Position numbers and translations under genes: made by a program. DNA of 64,000 nucleotides. It comes from Eledone cirrhosa (lineage: Eukaryota). The DNA is taken from NCBI GenBank assembly GCA_964016885.1, contig OZ024754.1:4588001-4652000 (forward strand), in the 5' to 3' direction. The notes under the pieces were generated by a model. That model ran no database searches. It was given only the letters and a program-made list of their open reading frames with translations, and was not told where the DNA came from. The first letter of the stretch is position 1, and every line of letters begins with the position of its first letter. Shown one piece after another: positions 41,024 to 52,657 of this stretch.

Positions 41024-41070
<47 letters not shown>

Positions 41071-41116
41071 AACCCGTAGAGCAAAACTTTATTATCAGTA
41101 CAGATTAAGCTGGACT

Positions 41117-41525
41117 CGGTGGATTGGCAGTATCGGTAGAGAGTCGGACGCCATGCTTTCCAGCATAGTTACGTCCCTTTACGGTCTGAGTTCAAATCCC
41201 GCCGAGGTTAACTTTGCCTTTCATCCTTACCAGTAACACACTGGGGTCGATTTAATCGTCTTTCCCCTCCCTCAAAATTGCTGGCCTTGTGCCTAAATCA
41301 GAAACCATTATTAATATTATCATCGTCATCATCATCATCAGGGCGGTGGTTTGGCAGTATCAGGAGAGACGTCAGACGCCATGCTTTGCAGCATAGGAGT
41401 TATGGCCCTTTACGTTCTGAGTTCTAATCCCGCCGAGGTTAACTTTGCCTTTTAAAAAAAAAAAATAAATAAAGCACCAGTAATGCACTGGGGTAATTGC
41501 TGGCCTTGTGCCAAAAGTAGAAACA
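41117..41525 (+). mobile_element. Two tandem tRNA-derived SINE copies
   Basis: Family matches at 41117-41310 and 41341-41525. Confidence 0.85.
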
Positions 41526-41596
41526 TCATAATTATTATCATCATGTTTGTTAATGTTACTGCACTTATTATGTTAGTGATTGTTGTTGCAGTTTTG

Positions 41597-41629
<33 letters not shown>

Positions 41630-41642
41630 TATAAGTTGACGA

Positions 41643-41715
41643 AGCCTCTAGTGATAATTGAACTCACAATCTCTGGTTTACAAGACCAGTGCTCTAACCT
41701 CTGAGCTATAGAGGC
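41643..41715 (-). tRNA. tRNA-Thr(UGU)-like, copy 1
   Basis: GCCTCTA TA GCTC AGAGGTTA GAGC A CTGGT CTTGTAA ACCAG AGATT GTGAG TTCAATT ATCAC TAGAGGC T folds as a cloverleaf, but has A61 in place of C61. Confidence 0.7.
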
Positions 41716-41745
41716 TTTCATATATATATATATATAAGTTGACGA

Positions 41746-41818
41746 AGCCTCTAGTGATATTTGAACTCACAATCTCTGGTTTACAAGACCAGTGCTCTAA
41801 CCTCTGAGCTATGGAGGC
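41746..41818 (-). tRNA. tRNA-Thr(UGU)-like, copy 2
   Basis: As copy 1, with a C6-A67 mismatch. Confidence 0.6.
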
Positions 41819-41850
41819 TTTCATATATATATATATATATAAGTTGACGA

Positions 41851-41923
41851 AGCCTCTAGTGATATTTGAACTCACAATCTCTGGTTTACAAGACCAGTGC
41901 TCTAACCTCTGAGCTATAGAGGC
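41851..41923 (-). tRNA. tRNA-Thr(UGU)-like, copy 3
   Basis: As copy 1, with T-loop TTCAAAT. Confidence 0.7.
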
Positions 41924-41953
41924 TTTCATATATATATATATATAAGTTGACGA

Positions 41954-42026
41954 AGTCTCTAGTGATAATTGAACTCACAATCTCTGGTTTACAAGACCAG
42001 TGCTCTAACCTCTGAGCTATGGAGGC
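41954..42026 (-). tRNA. tRNA-Thr(UGU)-like, copy 4
   Basis: Two acceptor-stem mismatches. Confidence 0.5.
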
Positions 42027-42054
42027 TTTCATATATATATATATAAGTTGACGA

Positions 42055-42127
42055 AGCCTCTAGTGATAATTGAACTCACGATCTCTGGTTTACAAGACCA
42101 GTGCTCTAACCTCTGAGCTATAGAGGC
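42055..42127 (-). tRNA. tRNA-Thr(UGU)-like, copy 5
   Basis: As copy 1, with variable loop AGATC. Confidence 0.7.
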
Positions 42128-42157
42128 TTTCATATATATATATATATAAGTTGACGA

Positions 42158-42230
42158 AGCCTCTAGTGATAATTGAACTCACGATCTCTGGTTTACAAGA
42201 CCAGTGCTCTAACCTCTGAGCTATAGAGGC
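42158..42230 (-). tRNA. tRNA-Thr(UGU)-like, copy 6
   Basis: As copy 5. Confidence 0.7.
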
Positions 42231-42258
42231 TTTCATATATATATATATAAGTTGACGA

Positions 42259-42331
42259 AGCCTCTAGTGATAATTGAACTCACGATCTCTGGTTTACAAG
42301 ACCAGTGCTCTAACCTCTGAGCTATAGAGGC
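42259..42331 (-). tRNA. tRNA-Thr(UGU)-like, copy 7
   Basis: As copy 5. Confidence 0.7.
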
Positions 42332-42359
42332 TTTCATATATATATATATAAGTTGACGA

Positions 42360-42432
42360 AGCCTCTAGTGATAATTGAACTCACGATCTCTGGTTTACAA
42401 GAGCAGTGCTCTAACCTCTGAGCTATGGAGGC
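42360..42432 (-). tRNA. tRNA-Thr(UGU)-like, copy 8
   Basis: Anticodon-stem and acceptor-stem mismatches. Confidence 0.5.
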
Positions 42433-42460
42433 TTTCATATATATATATATAAGTTGACGA

Positions 42461-42533
42461 AGCCTCTAGTGATAATTGAACTCACAATCTCTGGTTTACA
42501 AGACCAGTGCTCTAACCTCTGAGCTATAGAGGC
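42461..42533 (-). tRNA. tRNA-Thr(UGU)-like, copy 9
   Basis: As copy 1. Confidence 0.7.
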
Positions 42534-42561
42534 TTTCATATATATATATATAAGTTGACGA

Positions 42562-42634
42562 AGCCTCTAGTGATAATTGAACTCGCAATCTCTGGTTTAC
42601 AAGACCAGTGCTCTAACCTCTGAGCTATGGAGGC
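42562..42634 (-). tRNA. tRNA-Thr(UGU)-like, copy 10
   Basis: Extra T-stem and acceptor-stem mismatches. Confidence 0.5.
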
Positions 42635-42662
42635 TTTCATATATATATATATAAGTTGACGA

Positions 42663-42735
42663 AGCCTCTAGTGATAATTGAACTCACGATCTCTGGTTTA
42701 CAAGACCAGTGCTCTAACCTCTGAGCTATAGAGGC
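42663..42735 (-). tRNA. tRNA-Thr(UGU)-like, copy 11
   Basis: As copy 5. Confidence 0.7.
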
Positions 42736-42763
42736 TTTCATATATATATATATAAGTTGACGA

Positions 42764-42836
42764 AGCCTCTAGTGATAATTGAACTCGCAATCTCTGGTTT
42801 ACAAGACCAGTGCTCTAACCTCTGAGCTATAGAGGC
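42764..42836 (-). tRNA. tRNA-Thr(UGU)-like, copy 12
   Basis: Extra T-stem mismatch. Confidence 0.55.
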
Positions 42837-42864
42837 TTTCATATATATATATATAAGTTGACGA

Positions 42865-42937
42865 AGCCTCTAGTGATAATTGAACTCACAATCTCTGGTT
42901 TACAAGACCAGTGCTCTAACCTCTGAGCTATGGAGGC
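42865..42937 (-). tRNA. tRNA-Thr(UGU)-like, copy 13
   Basis: C6-A67 mismatch. Confidence 0.6.
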
Positions 42938-43473
42938 TTTCATATATATATATATATTTGTTACTACGAATATTGTTGCTTTTTTAAAATTTGTATTAAA
43001 GTTTATATACTCATTTTGATAATATTTTCAGTAAACAAAAAAATCCTTTTATGATTTGAAAACCTATTTCGGAAAAATTTTATTTGATTTCCAAAGATCT
43101 TAATATTGTGTCTAAACATGAGGAATTTGCCTCAAAAGATAGATAAATGAAAAAAATCTAACTCGCTTTATATAAGCTGCAGAAATTCACAAAAAAAGAA
43201 ATGGTGTATTTGCGTGGGAATATAGCAGATACATAGGAGATTTTGAAATTATTTTTATTTTTTGTCTTCTTTCGAAGTATAACTTCTGAACAAGAATTTA
43301 CGATATATATATATATATATTATATATATATATATTATATATATATATATATATATAATATATATTATATATATATTTATATATATATATATATGCGTGT
43401 CTGTGTGTGTGTGTATTAATGAATGTATATATATCATATGTATGTATTATATCTATATTATATACATATATAT

Positions 43474-43530
<57 letters not shown>

Positions 43531-43618
43531 GAGAGGGAGAGAGAGAGTATATATGTATGTTTATTTGTATACTATACATCATACGCTTATATGAATATTT
43601 ATGTGTCTCTATTTGCAA

Positions 43619-43649
<31 letters not shown>

Positions 43650-43833
43650 CACACACACACACAATGCCTTGAATAAAATAAAATTTGACAAGCCTCTCTC
43701 TGGTTACATTCTATACTATTTCCAGTTTGTCATCCCTATTTACAATTGTTCCCCCCCTCGGTATGTCTATCAGTCCATCTCCCTCTCCCCTTCTCTCCCT
43801 CAATCTACCCCTCTTTCTCTCTCTACCCCTCTT

Positions 43834-43873
<40 letters not shown>

Positions 43874-43900
43874 TTAGTTAGATATTATTAACACTATATA

Positions 43901-44100
43901 AGGGGCGGTGGATTGGCAGTATCGGTAGAGGTTCGGTCACCATGCTTTGAAGCATAGAGTTACGGCCGGCCCTTGCCATTCTGTGTTCAAATACCGCCGA
44001 GGTTAACTTTGCCTTTCATCCTTACGGGGTCGATAAAATAAAGTACCAGTAATGCACTGGGATAATTGCTGCCCTTGTGCCAAAAGTAGAAGCAATTGTT
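43901..44100 (+). mobile_element. tRNA-derived SINE with apparent target-site duplication
   Basis: Family match; ttaacactatata occurs on both sides. Confidence 0.85.
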
Positions 44101-44323
44101 AACACTATATATATATATATATATTATTCAGAATATTAATAAATGAAGACGTTCACATAATCAAAATATATGTTTTATTATATATATTTCGAAGGTATTG
44201 TGCTGTTTTTTTTCATTACGTCCTCGTCAGATAAAATACATGAATTGCTGTATGAAATACCTCAATGGTCTTGATGGTTCAATTCCAGTATTGGTTATAT
44301 ATATATATATATATATATATATA

Positions 44324-44623
44324 ACAGTCATTAGGTCCCCTCAGTTCAGATCCAGCCGAAGTCAACTTTGCATTTCATCCTTTAAAGGACAATAAATATT
44401 AGTCTAGTACAGCGGCCAATTCTTTCTCGGCCATTTTCTATGGGAGAAATTGATTGCGTTCCAGCTGGCAGAGGTTTAGATGCCACTAGAATATATATAT
44501 ATATATAGAAAATGACCGAGAAAGAATTGGCCCCTGTACTAGACTAATATTTATTGTCCTTTAAAGGATGAAATGCAAAGTTGACTTCGGCTGGATCTGA
44601 ACTGAGGGGACCTAATGACTGTC
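44324..44623. repeat. About 117-bp inverted duplication containing an old SINE fragment
   Basis: 44324-44440 pairs with 44507-44623 and includes agttcagatccagccgaagtcaactttgcatttcatcc. Confidence 0.85.
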
Positions 44624-44682
44624 ATTTCACCGCCTGGTAAAGAACGAAATAGGATAATGATTTCTCTTTCTTTATGAACAAA

Positions 44683-45397
44683 ATAATTGTTTCTACTTTG
44701 GGCAAAAGGCCAGCAATTATCCCAGTGTATTACTGGTACTTTATTTTATCGACCCCGAAAGGATGAAAGGCAAAGTTAACCTCGGCGGGATTTGAACTCG
44801 GATCATAAATGGCCGTAACTCTTTATGAACAAAATAATAATGGTTTCTTATATAGGCTCAAGGCCAGCAATTTTGTGGGAGGGAAAAGTCGATTGAGTCG
44901 ACCCCAGTGCGTGACTGGTACTTTATTTTATCGACGCCAATAATAATAATAATGGTTTCTACTATAGGTACAAGACCAGTAATTTGGGTGGAGGGGAATT
45001 CCGATTAAATCGACTCCAATACGTTACTGGTACTTTACTTTATCGACCCGGTAAGGATTAAAAGCAAAGTTAACTTTGGCGGAATTTGGACTCAGACCGT
45101 AAAAGGCCGTGACTCTATGCTGCAAAGCATTGTTTCCGACCCTCTACCGGCACTGCCAATGTACCACCCTGAGTAATATTAATAATTGTTTCTACTTTAC
45201 ACACATGCCCGGTAATTTTGGGAGTGGAGGGGAAAGTTGATTAAATCTTCCCCCAGTGCATTGCTGGTGCTTTATTCTATCGACCCCGTAAGGATGAAAG
45301 GTAAAGCTAACATTGGCGGGATTTGAACACAGAACGTAAAGGACCGTAACTCTATACTACACAGCATGGCATCCGACCCTCTACTGATACTACCAAG
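44683..45397 (-). mobile_element. Cluster of four same-orientation SINE copies or fragments
   Basis: Reverse-complement family matches start at about 44683, 44840, 44950 and 45180. Confidence 0.8.
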
Positions 45398-45555
45398 TCA
45401 TACAATAGACATATAACCAGTAAAAGTAGTGACTTTCATTGGCACTTGAACTTCGCAGGGATTATCATTCTCCTCTTCTGAGCTCAGTTGATTCCATCTA
45501 GAGAAACAAATAGAAAAAGAACGAGAGACGAATTGAGAACGAGAAATAAAAGATG

Positions 45556-46045
45556 AATTGATCGGAGTACTTAACTGGTACTTTATGTATTGACCAGAAG
45601 AATTGATCGGAGTACTTAACTGGTATTTTATGTATTGACCAGAAGAATTGATCGGAGTACTTAACTGGTACTTTATGTATTGACCAGAAGAATTGATCGG
45701 AGTACTTAACTGGTATTTTATGTATTGACCAGAAGAATTGATCGGAGTACTTAACTGGTATTTTATGTATTGACCAGAAGAATTGATCGGAGTACTTAAC
45801 TGGTATTTTATGTATTGACCAGAAGAATTGATCGGAGTACTTAACTGGTATTTTATGTATTGACCAGAAAAATTGATCGGAGTACTTAACTGGTATTTTA
45901 TGTATTGACCAGAAGAATTGATCGGAGTACTTAACTGGTACTTTATGTATTGACCAGAAGAATTGATCGGAGTACTTAACTGGTATTTTATGTATTGACC
46001 GGAAGAATTGATCGGAGTACTTAACTGGTATTTTATGTATTGACC
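45556..46045. repeat. 45-bp minisatellite, 11 copies, SINE-derived
   Basis: Unit aattgatcggagtacttaactggtaYtttatgtattgaccagaag. The last unit continues into a SINE body (aaggatgtaaggcagaattgatctcggcaagatttgaac). Confidence 0.9.
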
Positions 46046-46163
46046 ACGAAAGGATGTAAGGCAGAATTGATCTCGGCAAGATTTGAACGGAGCCGGAACG
46101 AACCCAGCAAAGCATTCAATCTATCCGATGTTAAAACGACTGTATCAATTCACTACACTACTA

Positions 46164-46229
<66 letters not shown>

Positions 46230-46563
46230 CGCTCTCCCTCTCTTGCTCTCTCTCTCTCTCGTTCGCTCTCCCTCTCTCGTTCTCGCTCGCTCTCCCTCTC
46301 TCGTTCTCGCTCGCTCTCCCTCTTGCTCTCGCTCGCTCTCCCTCTTGCTCTCGCTCGCTCTCCTTTTCTCGTTCTCGCTCGCTCTCCCTCTCTCGTTCTC
46401 GCTCGCTCTCCCTCTCTCGTTCTCGCTCGCTCTCCTTCTCTCGTTCTCGCTCGCTCTTCCGCTCTCCCTCTCTCATTCGCTTGCTCCCTCTCTCGTTCGC
46501 TCGCTCCCTCTCTCGTTCGCTCTCTCGTTTGCTCGCTCTCTCTCGCTCTCTCTCTTGATTTCG

Positions 46564-46597
<34 letters not shown>

Positions 46598-47617
46598 CTC
46601 ACTCTCACTCGCTCTCTCTCTCATACACGGACATACACTAGTAGTAGTAGTATTTCTCATTCAACGTTAGCCCAATTATCTGTTCAAACACTGCCCTCCG
46701 CCCTTAATCACTCCTCAGGTGTTTAGTAGCAGTAGTAGTAGTAGTCGTAGTAGTAGCCGTAGTAGTAACAGTAGTAGTAGTAGCAGTCGTTGTAGTAGTA
46801 GTAGTTGTAGTTGTTGTTGTCGTTGTTTTTTGTGCTGTTGGTTTTTAGGTTTTTTTTAAACTTATCTTCGGATAATGGTCACGAACGATGCCAGTCTTCG
46901 TGATGTGACGTTTTTCTGGCAATCACGATTACGCTGTGAAGAATCCACGCCTCACAGCTTGACACACTGGACTTAAAAACAAACAACAAAGACACACAAG
47001 CTTCTCTATCTCTCTCTATCTCTATCTATCTCTCTCTATCTATCTCTCTCTATCTATATCTCTCTATCTCTCTATCTCTATCTATCTATCTCTATCTATC
47101 TCTATTTATCTCTCTCTATCTATCTATCTCTATCTCTCTCTATCTATCTATCTATCTATCTATCTCTATTTATCTCTCTCTATCTATCTCTATCTATCTA
47201 TCTATCTCTATCTATCTATCTATCTATCTCTATATCTATCTCTATCTATCTATCTCTAACTATCTATCTCTCTCTATCTATCTCTCTCTCTCTCTATCTA
47301 TCTCTCTCTATCTATCTCTATCTATATCTCTATATCTCTATCTCTATCTATCTCTCTCTATCTATCTCTATTTCTCTCTCTCTCTATCTCTCTCTCTCTC
47401 TCTCTCCTATTCTCTCTCACACAGAAATACACACACACAGACACACACACTGTCGATTTCACTAATCTATTTCACTTTGTTCTTCTTATAATCTTTTTCA
47501 TACATACTGTAAGTCTCTCATTATCTATTTATCTCTCCCTGCCACCTCTCCTTCTCTATCTCTCTCTCTATCTCTATCTCTATCTATCTCTATCTATCTC
47601 TTCTATCTATCTCTGTC

Positions 47618-47648
<31 letters not shown>

Positions 47649-48380
47649 TGTCCTCTCTCTCTCTCTCTCTATCTCTGTCCTCTCTCTCTCTCTCTCTCTA
47701 TCTCTATCTCTGTCCTCTCTCTCTCTCTCCTATCTCTCTCACACACACACAGACACACACACTGTCGCTTTCTCTAATCTATTTCACTTTGTTCTTCTTA
47801 TAATCTTTCTCATACATACTGTAAGTCTCTCTTTCTCTCTTTATCTATTTATCTCTCCCTGCCACCTCTCCTTCTCTATCTATCTATCTATCTATCTATC
47901 TCTGGTTCTCTCTGATTTTATACTATCTCTTCCTTCTTTCCTTATCTCATTGTTTCATCCTGTTTTTTTCTCATACCACCTCTCCCGCTCTCTCCCTCTC
48001 TCTCTCCCCCTATCTCCCTCTCTCCATCACCCTCTCTCCCCCTCTCGCCTCTCTCTCCCTCTCTCTCTCCCTGCCTCTCTCCCTTCCCTCTCTCCCTTCC
48101 TTCTCTCCCTTCCCTCTCTCCCTTCCTTCTCTCCCTTCCTTCTCTCCCTACCTCTCTCCCTTCCTTCTCTCCCTACCTCTCTCCCTTCCCTCTCTCTCTC
48201 CCTCCATACCTCTCTCCCTCCCTCTCTCTCTCCCTGCCTCCCCCTCTCTCTCTGCCTCCCCCCTCTCTCTCTCTCTGCCTCCCCCCTCTCTCTCTGCCTC
48301 CCTCTCTCTTTCCGCCATTTATCTCTTTGGTATCCTCCATTTATTTTCAAATGTTCAGTATGTCTGTCGCTTGTCTCACA

Positions 48381-48430
<50 letters not shown>

Positions 48431-49094
48431 TGTACGTGTGTGTGGTGTATGTCTATATATATATATATATATATTGTATGTGTGTATATATATATATTGT
48501 ATGTGTGTATATATATATATTGTATGTATGTATGTGTGTATATATATATATTGTATGTATGTATGTGTGTATATATATATATATTGTATGTAAGTGTGTG
48601 TGTATATATATATATTGTATGTAAGTGTGTGTATATATATATATATTGTATGTATGTGTGTGTATATATATATATATATACATACACACACACAGACATA
48701 TAGTGTATGTATGTATGTATATATATATATAACAACAAATCTCTCTCGCAATCGAGTATGACTTTGTAGCATATGCCATGCTCTCGCTAGTGAGTTTAGG
48801 TGTCTACGCCATCGCAGATAGGCACAGGTACTCTGTCAACCCCCGCCTCCTTTAGACAGGTAGAATATCCAGGGTGTGACAGCTAAGAGGAGAGAGGGCC
48901 ACACTAATGATTTCAATTTCTTTATCGACCCAGAAATATTGAAAGGTTAAAAAGTAACCCATCGGGATTTGAACTCAGAACGCAGAATAAATAATCAATA
49001 ATATAACTCTCGATCGCCTATATATATATATATATATAAATTAATAAAAATAATGAATAAAAACAAACAAACAGTTCCTTATATTAAAAAATTC

Positions 49095-49228
49095 ATCATT
49101 TTACGATCGTTTCTAGGATATATATGTGTGTGTTGGTATGTATATTATATAGATCTATGTAAAATGTTTACAAACTATCAGAGGGAATATACATACCTAC
49201 ACATATATATGCTGTCTTCAGAAATAAT
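49095..49228 (-). ncRNA. Type I hammerhead motif with about 100-nt stem II, family E
   Basis: ATTATTT-CTGAAGA-cagcATATATATGTGT..ACACATATATATccta-GAAA-CGATCG-TA-AAATGAT with palindrome ACGATCGT. Confidence 0.62.
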
Positions 49229-49317
49229 GATATTTGTTTATTGAAAAAAAACAATAAAGATTTAATATAATAGGTCTGTTTGGGAACAGGTTTTGAATTG
49301 ACCAATAGAAAGGTAGT

Positions 49318-49348
<31 letters not shown>

Positions 49349-49555
49349 GAAAAGTATAGAACTTGTAGCGAGAAGCTAACAGTATTCCATAACATATAAG
49401 TGACTATAGCGTCAAAATGGGAAAATAGTTAACATAAGATATGGGAAAAATAATTCAGACTCAATTCAAAAGGAATCAGGATATAGATTTATCCAACAGA
49501 ATTTAGAGAAATCCAGGGAAAAATCAATAGAGCCTTAACTCATGATAAGGGTCAC

Positions 49556-49591
<36 letters not shown>

Positions 49592-49781
49592 GTGGCCCTT
49601 GAAATATGTATAATGAAATAAATATGGTTTTATAAATATAGTTTCCATTTGTTAATATATTGTATATTTACTCCAATAATTTGTTGAGTGCTTTATATCA
49701 GTTATAAAAATATTTTGCTTGTTGTATCCCAACAAATTAAATGTAACCTCTACATATATATATATATATATATATATAGAT

Positions 49782-49834
49782 GAGATTCTACAGGACTAGA
49801 ACTGTTTCATTCTTTAGAAATCATCAGGAATCTC
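49782..49834 (-). ncRNA. Type I hammerhead ribozyme motif, family B
   Basis: GAGATTC-CTGATGA-tTTC taaa GAAt-GAAA-CAG..CTG-TA-GAATCTC with a 7-bp stem I. Confidence 0.8.
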
Positions 49835-49843
49835 AGGAATCTC

Positions 49844-49896
49844 GAGATTCCTGATGATTTCTAAAGAATGGAACAGTTCTAGTCCTGTAGAATCTC
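49844..49896 (+). ncRNA. Family B hammerhead, core-mutated (GGAA)
   Basis: Inverted partner of 49782-49834 with GAAA changed to GGAA. Confidence 0.55.
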
Positions 49897-49978
49897 ATGT
49901 ATATTAAAACTTTTATACTCTGCTATGTATTGAGTACCTTACCTACTGTGGTTACCTCTGATTCAACCCGAAATAACG

Positions 49979-50009
<31 letters not shown>

Positions 50010-50060
50010 CACACACACATTATATATATATATATATATATATAATATACACACACACAT

Positions 50061-50091
<31 letters not shown>

Positions 50092-50097
50092 AATATT

Positions 50098-50147
<50 letters not shown>

Positions 50148-50714
50148 GTGTGTGTGTGTGTATATATGTTGGTATATGTATATATGGGTCTATAGATATA
50201 TATGTATGTGTTTATGTGCATATATGTGTTATGTATGTAGGTATATGTATATATGGGTCTATATATATGTGTGTGTATGTAAGTATTCCTATTACCAATG
50301 TCATTTAAGTATATTTACCGAAATCAATTTGAATGGTTAACCTGTTTCAGTAAACCATGTGTAAAGCTAATGGCCATCATATTAACCACCAAGACAGTTT
50401 TTCTATCTGATCATCTTTACTATTATTTCAGGTTATTTGGTTTGTGTTAAGACTGTTTTAGTTATTGTGCCGAGGATGTAGATGACGGTGTTGTTGTCGT
50501 CGTTATTTTGACTGTTGTTGTTGTAGAAGCGTACATACTCCTTGATACGCACATTAATATATTCACGACAGAGATGAATATATATATATGTATGTATGTA
50601 TGTATGTTTACATATATATACATATGTATGTATGCGTATATGTATGTATGCTTGTATGTATGTATGTTTACATATATATACATATGTATATATGTATGCT
50701 TATATGTATGTATG

Positions 50715-50753
<39 letters not shown>

Positions 50754-50815
50754 CGGCTTATATATATATGTATGCATGTTTCTATGCTTATGTATATATA
50801 TGTATGTTTGTTTAG

Positions 50816-50879
<64 letters not shown>

Positions 50880-51082
50880 ATATATATAAATATACACATA
50901 GAGCGAGAGACAGATATGAAGGATATGTATGTCCATGCGTGATAACGAAATATACATAAGTATACATACATACACACGCGCACGCACACACACGTACATA
51001 CATACAAGAATTTGTGAAATTATAAAACCAGAAGAAGAACATACATGCATGCATGCATACATACATATATATATATATACAT

Positions 51083-51223
<141 letters not shown>

Positions 51224-51498
51224 CACACACACATATATATATATATATACATACACATATATATATATATACACACACACACAGTCATATTACCGCATGG
51301 TCTTGTGCATTCATGTAAATATATTAACTCGGATTATTGATTTTTATAATATACATGGAAATAAAAAAAATATCCCATGTTCTGTATATAGTGACCGTTC
51401 AAAAGAAGCAGCAAATTTACTTTCACTCTACGCTTGTATAAATATTTATATATATGTGGATGTGTGTATGCATATATGCATACATACTCTTATATACA

Positions 51499-51577
51499 CA
51501 GGGCGTCCTCAAAACATTTGTACACAGTTTGATTAGAATGCTGTTGAAGTGAGTATACATCTTTTTAGGACACCCTA
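51499..51577. mobile_element. Tiny Tc1/mariner-like MITE
   Basis: Imperfect TIRs CAGGGCGTCCTCAAAA and TTTTTAGGACACCCTA in a TA context. Confidence 0.45.
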
Positions 51578-51660
51578 TATATATATATATGTGTATATAT
51601 ATATATATATTTTATAGAAGGAGCTTCTACAGGACTAGTACTGTTTCATTCAGATGAAAT

Positions 51661-51707
51661 CTTCCTGAAGATTTCATCTGAATGAAACAGTACTAGTCCT
51701 GTAGAAG
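51661..51707 (+). ncRNA. Type I hammerhead ribozyme motif, family B (within fold-back 51610-51722)
   Basis: CTTC-CTGAAGA-tTTCA tc TGAAt-GAAA-CAG tactagtc CTG-TA-GAAG. Confidence 0.75.
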
Positions 51708-51824
51708 CTCCTTCTATAAAATAATTTTTTTTTACTCTGCCATGTATTGAGTACCTTACTTACTGTGGTTATCCCCGACTCAACCCGGGATCTACGTATA
51801 TATATATATATATATATATTTATA

Positions 51825-51887
<63 letters not shown>

Positions 51888-51969
51888 TCATATATATATA
51901 TGCATATTACAGCGTGGCCTCAGCCGGCTTGCTGGAATAGATAAGAATATATATATATATATATTATTT

Positions 51970-52126
51970 ATAGAAATTGCTTCTACAGGACTAGAACTGT
52001 TTCATTCTGGAAGCCCTGATGATTTCTCCTGAATTAAACAGTTCTAGTCCTGTTGAAGCCATTTCTATATTAAATATTAGTACCATAGATATTGTGGTTA
52101 CCCCCGATTGAACCCGGGATAAACTT
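51970..52126 (+). mobile_element. Family B fold-back element, degenerate hammerhead
   Basis: cttctacaggactagaactgtttcattc pairs with ctgatgatttctcctgaatTAAAcagttctagtcctgttgaagcc, followed by the family tail. Confidence 0.65.
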
Positions 52127-52157
52127 ATATATATATATATATATATATATATTTCCC

Positions 52158-52229
52158 TATTTTGTCTGATGAGAACGCAAATATCGTTCCAAGGATGATA
52201 TTTGTTTTTGAAATGCGCATAATAAAATA
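52158..52229 (+). ncRNA. Type I hammerhead ribozyme motif, family A
   Basis: TATTTTGT-CTGATGA-gaacGCAAATATC..GATATTTGTtttt-GAAA-TGCGCAT-A-ATAAAATA with palindrome ATGCGCAT. Confidence 0.75.
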
Positions 52230-52264
52230 CATGGAACTTTTTTAACCATCTTTTAATTTCTTCT

Positions 52265-52313
<49 letters not shown>

Positions 52314-52565
52314 AACCTCATTTGGTCATTCCATGAGAGTACCTTGGTCAGCTTTAGAACTTTTCGGCTGACCTTCGTATAAAACATCATTACATACTGT
52401 GCTATTAAATTCCTTGTTTAAAACAAAAGGTTTGGTTAGAATATTGAAATCTACGGGGATTTCTTGTTCAACTTTATGTTTAAAATATTTTCCTATGGTT
52501 ATTGAATGCCAGAAAAATCTGCTACGTGTTGGTGTATTTGAAAAAGATAGTTTCATTATGTATTT

Positions 52566-52657
52566 ATTTGCCTTTCATCCTTACGGGGTCGATAAAATAA
52601 AGTACCAGTAATGTACTGGGTATTTGCTGGCCTTGTGCCTAAAGTAGAAACAATTAT
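52566..52657 (+). mobile_element. 5'-truncated SINE
   Basis: Central domain and tail only. Confidence 0.75.

Larger units (their letters stand above)
41633..42942 (-). repeat. Tandem array of 13 tRNA-Thr(UGU)-like units (about 101-105 bp period, (TA)n spacers)
   Basis: 73-nt tRNA bodies start at 41643, 41746, 41851, 41954, 42055, 42158, 42259, 42360, 42461, 42562, 42663, 42764 and 42865. Confidence 0.95.

Noticed and set aside
41633-42942. CRISPR-like regular repeat array
   Set aside because: The units are tRNA-like, the spacers are only (TA)n, the context is eukaryotic and no cas genes are present.
45498-46115. 205-aa ORF with a 15-aa repeat
   Set aside because: It is a by-product of the 45-bp SINE-derived minisatellite.
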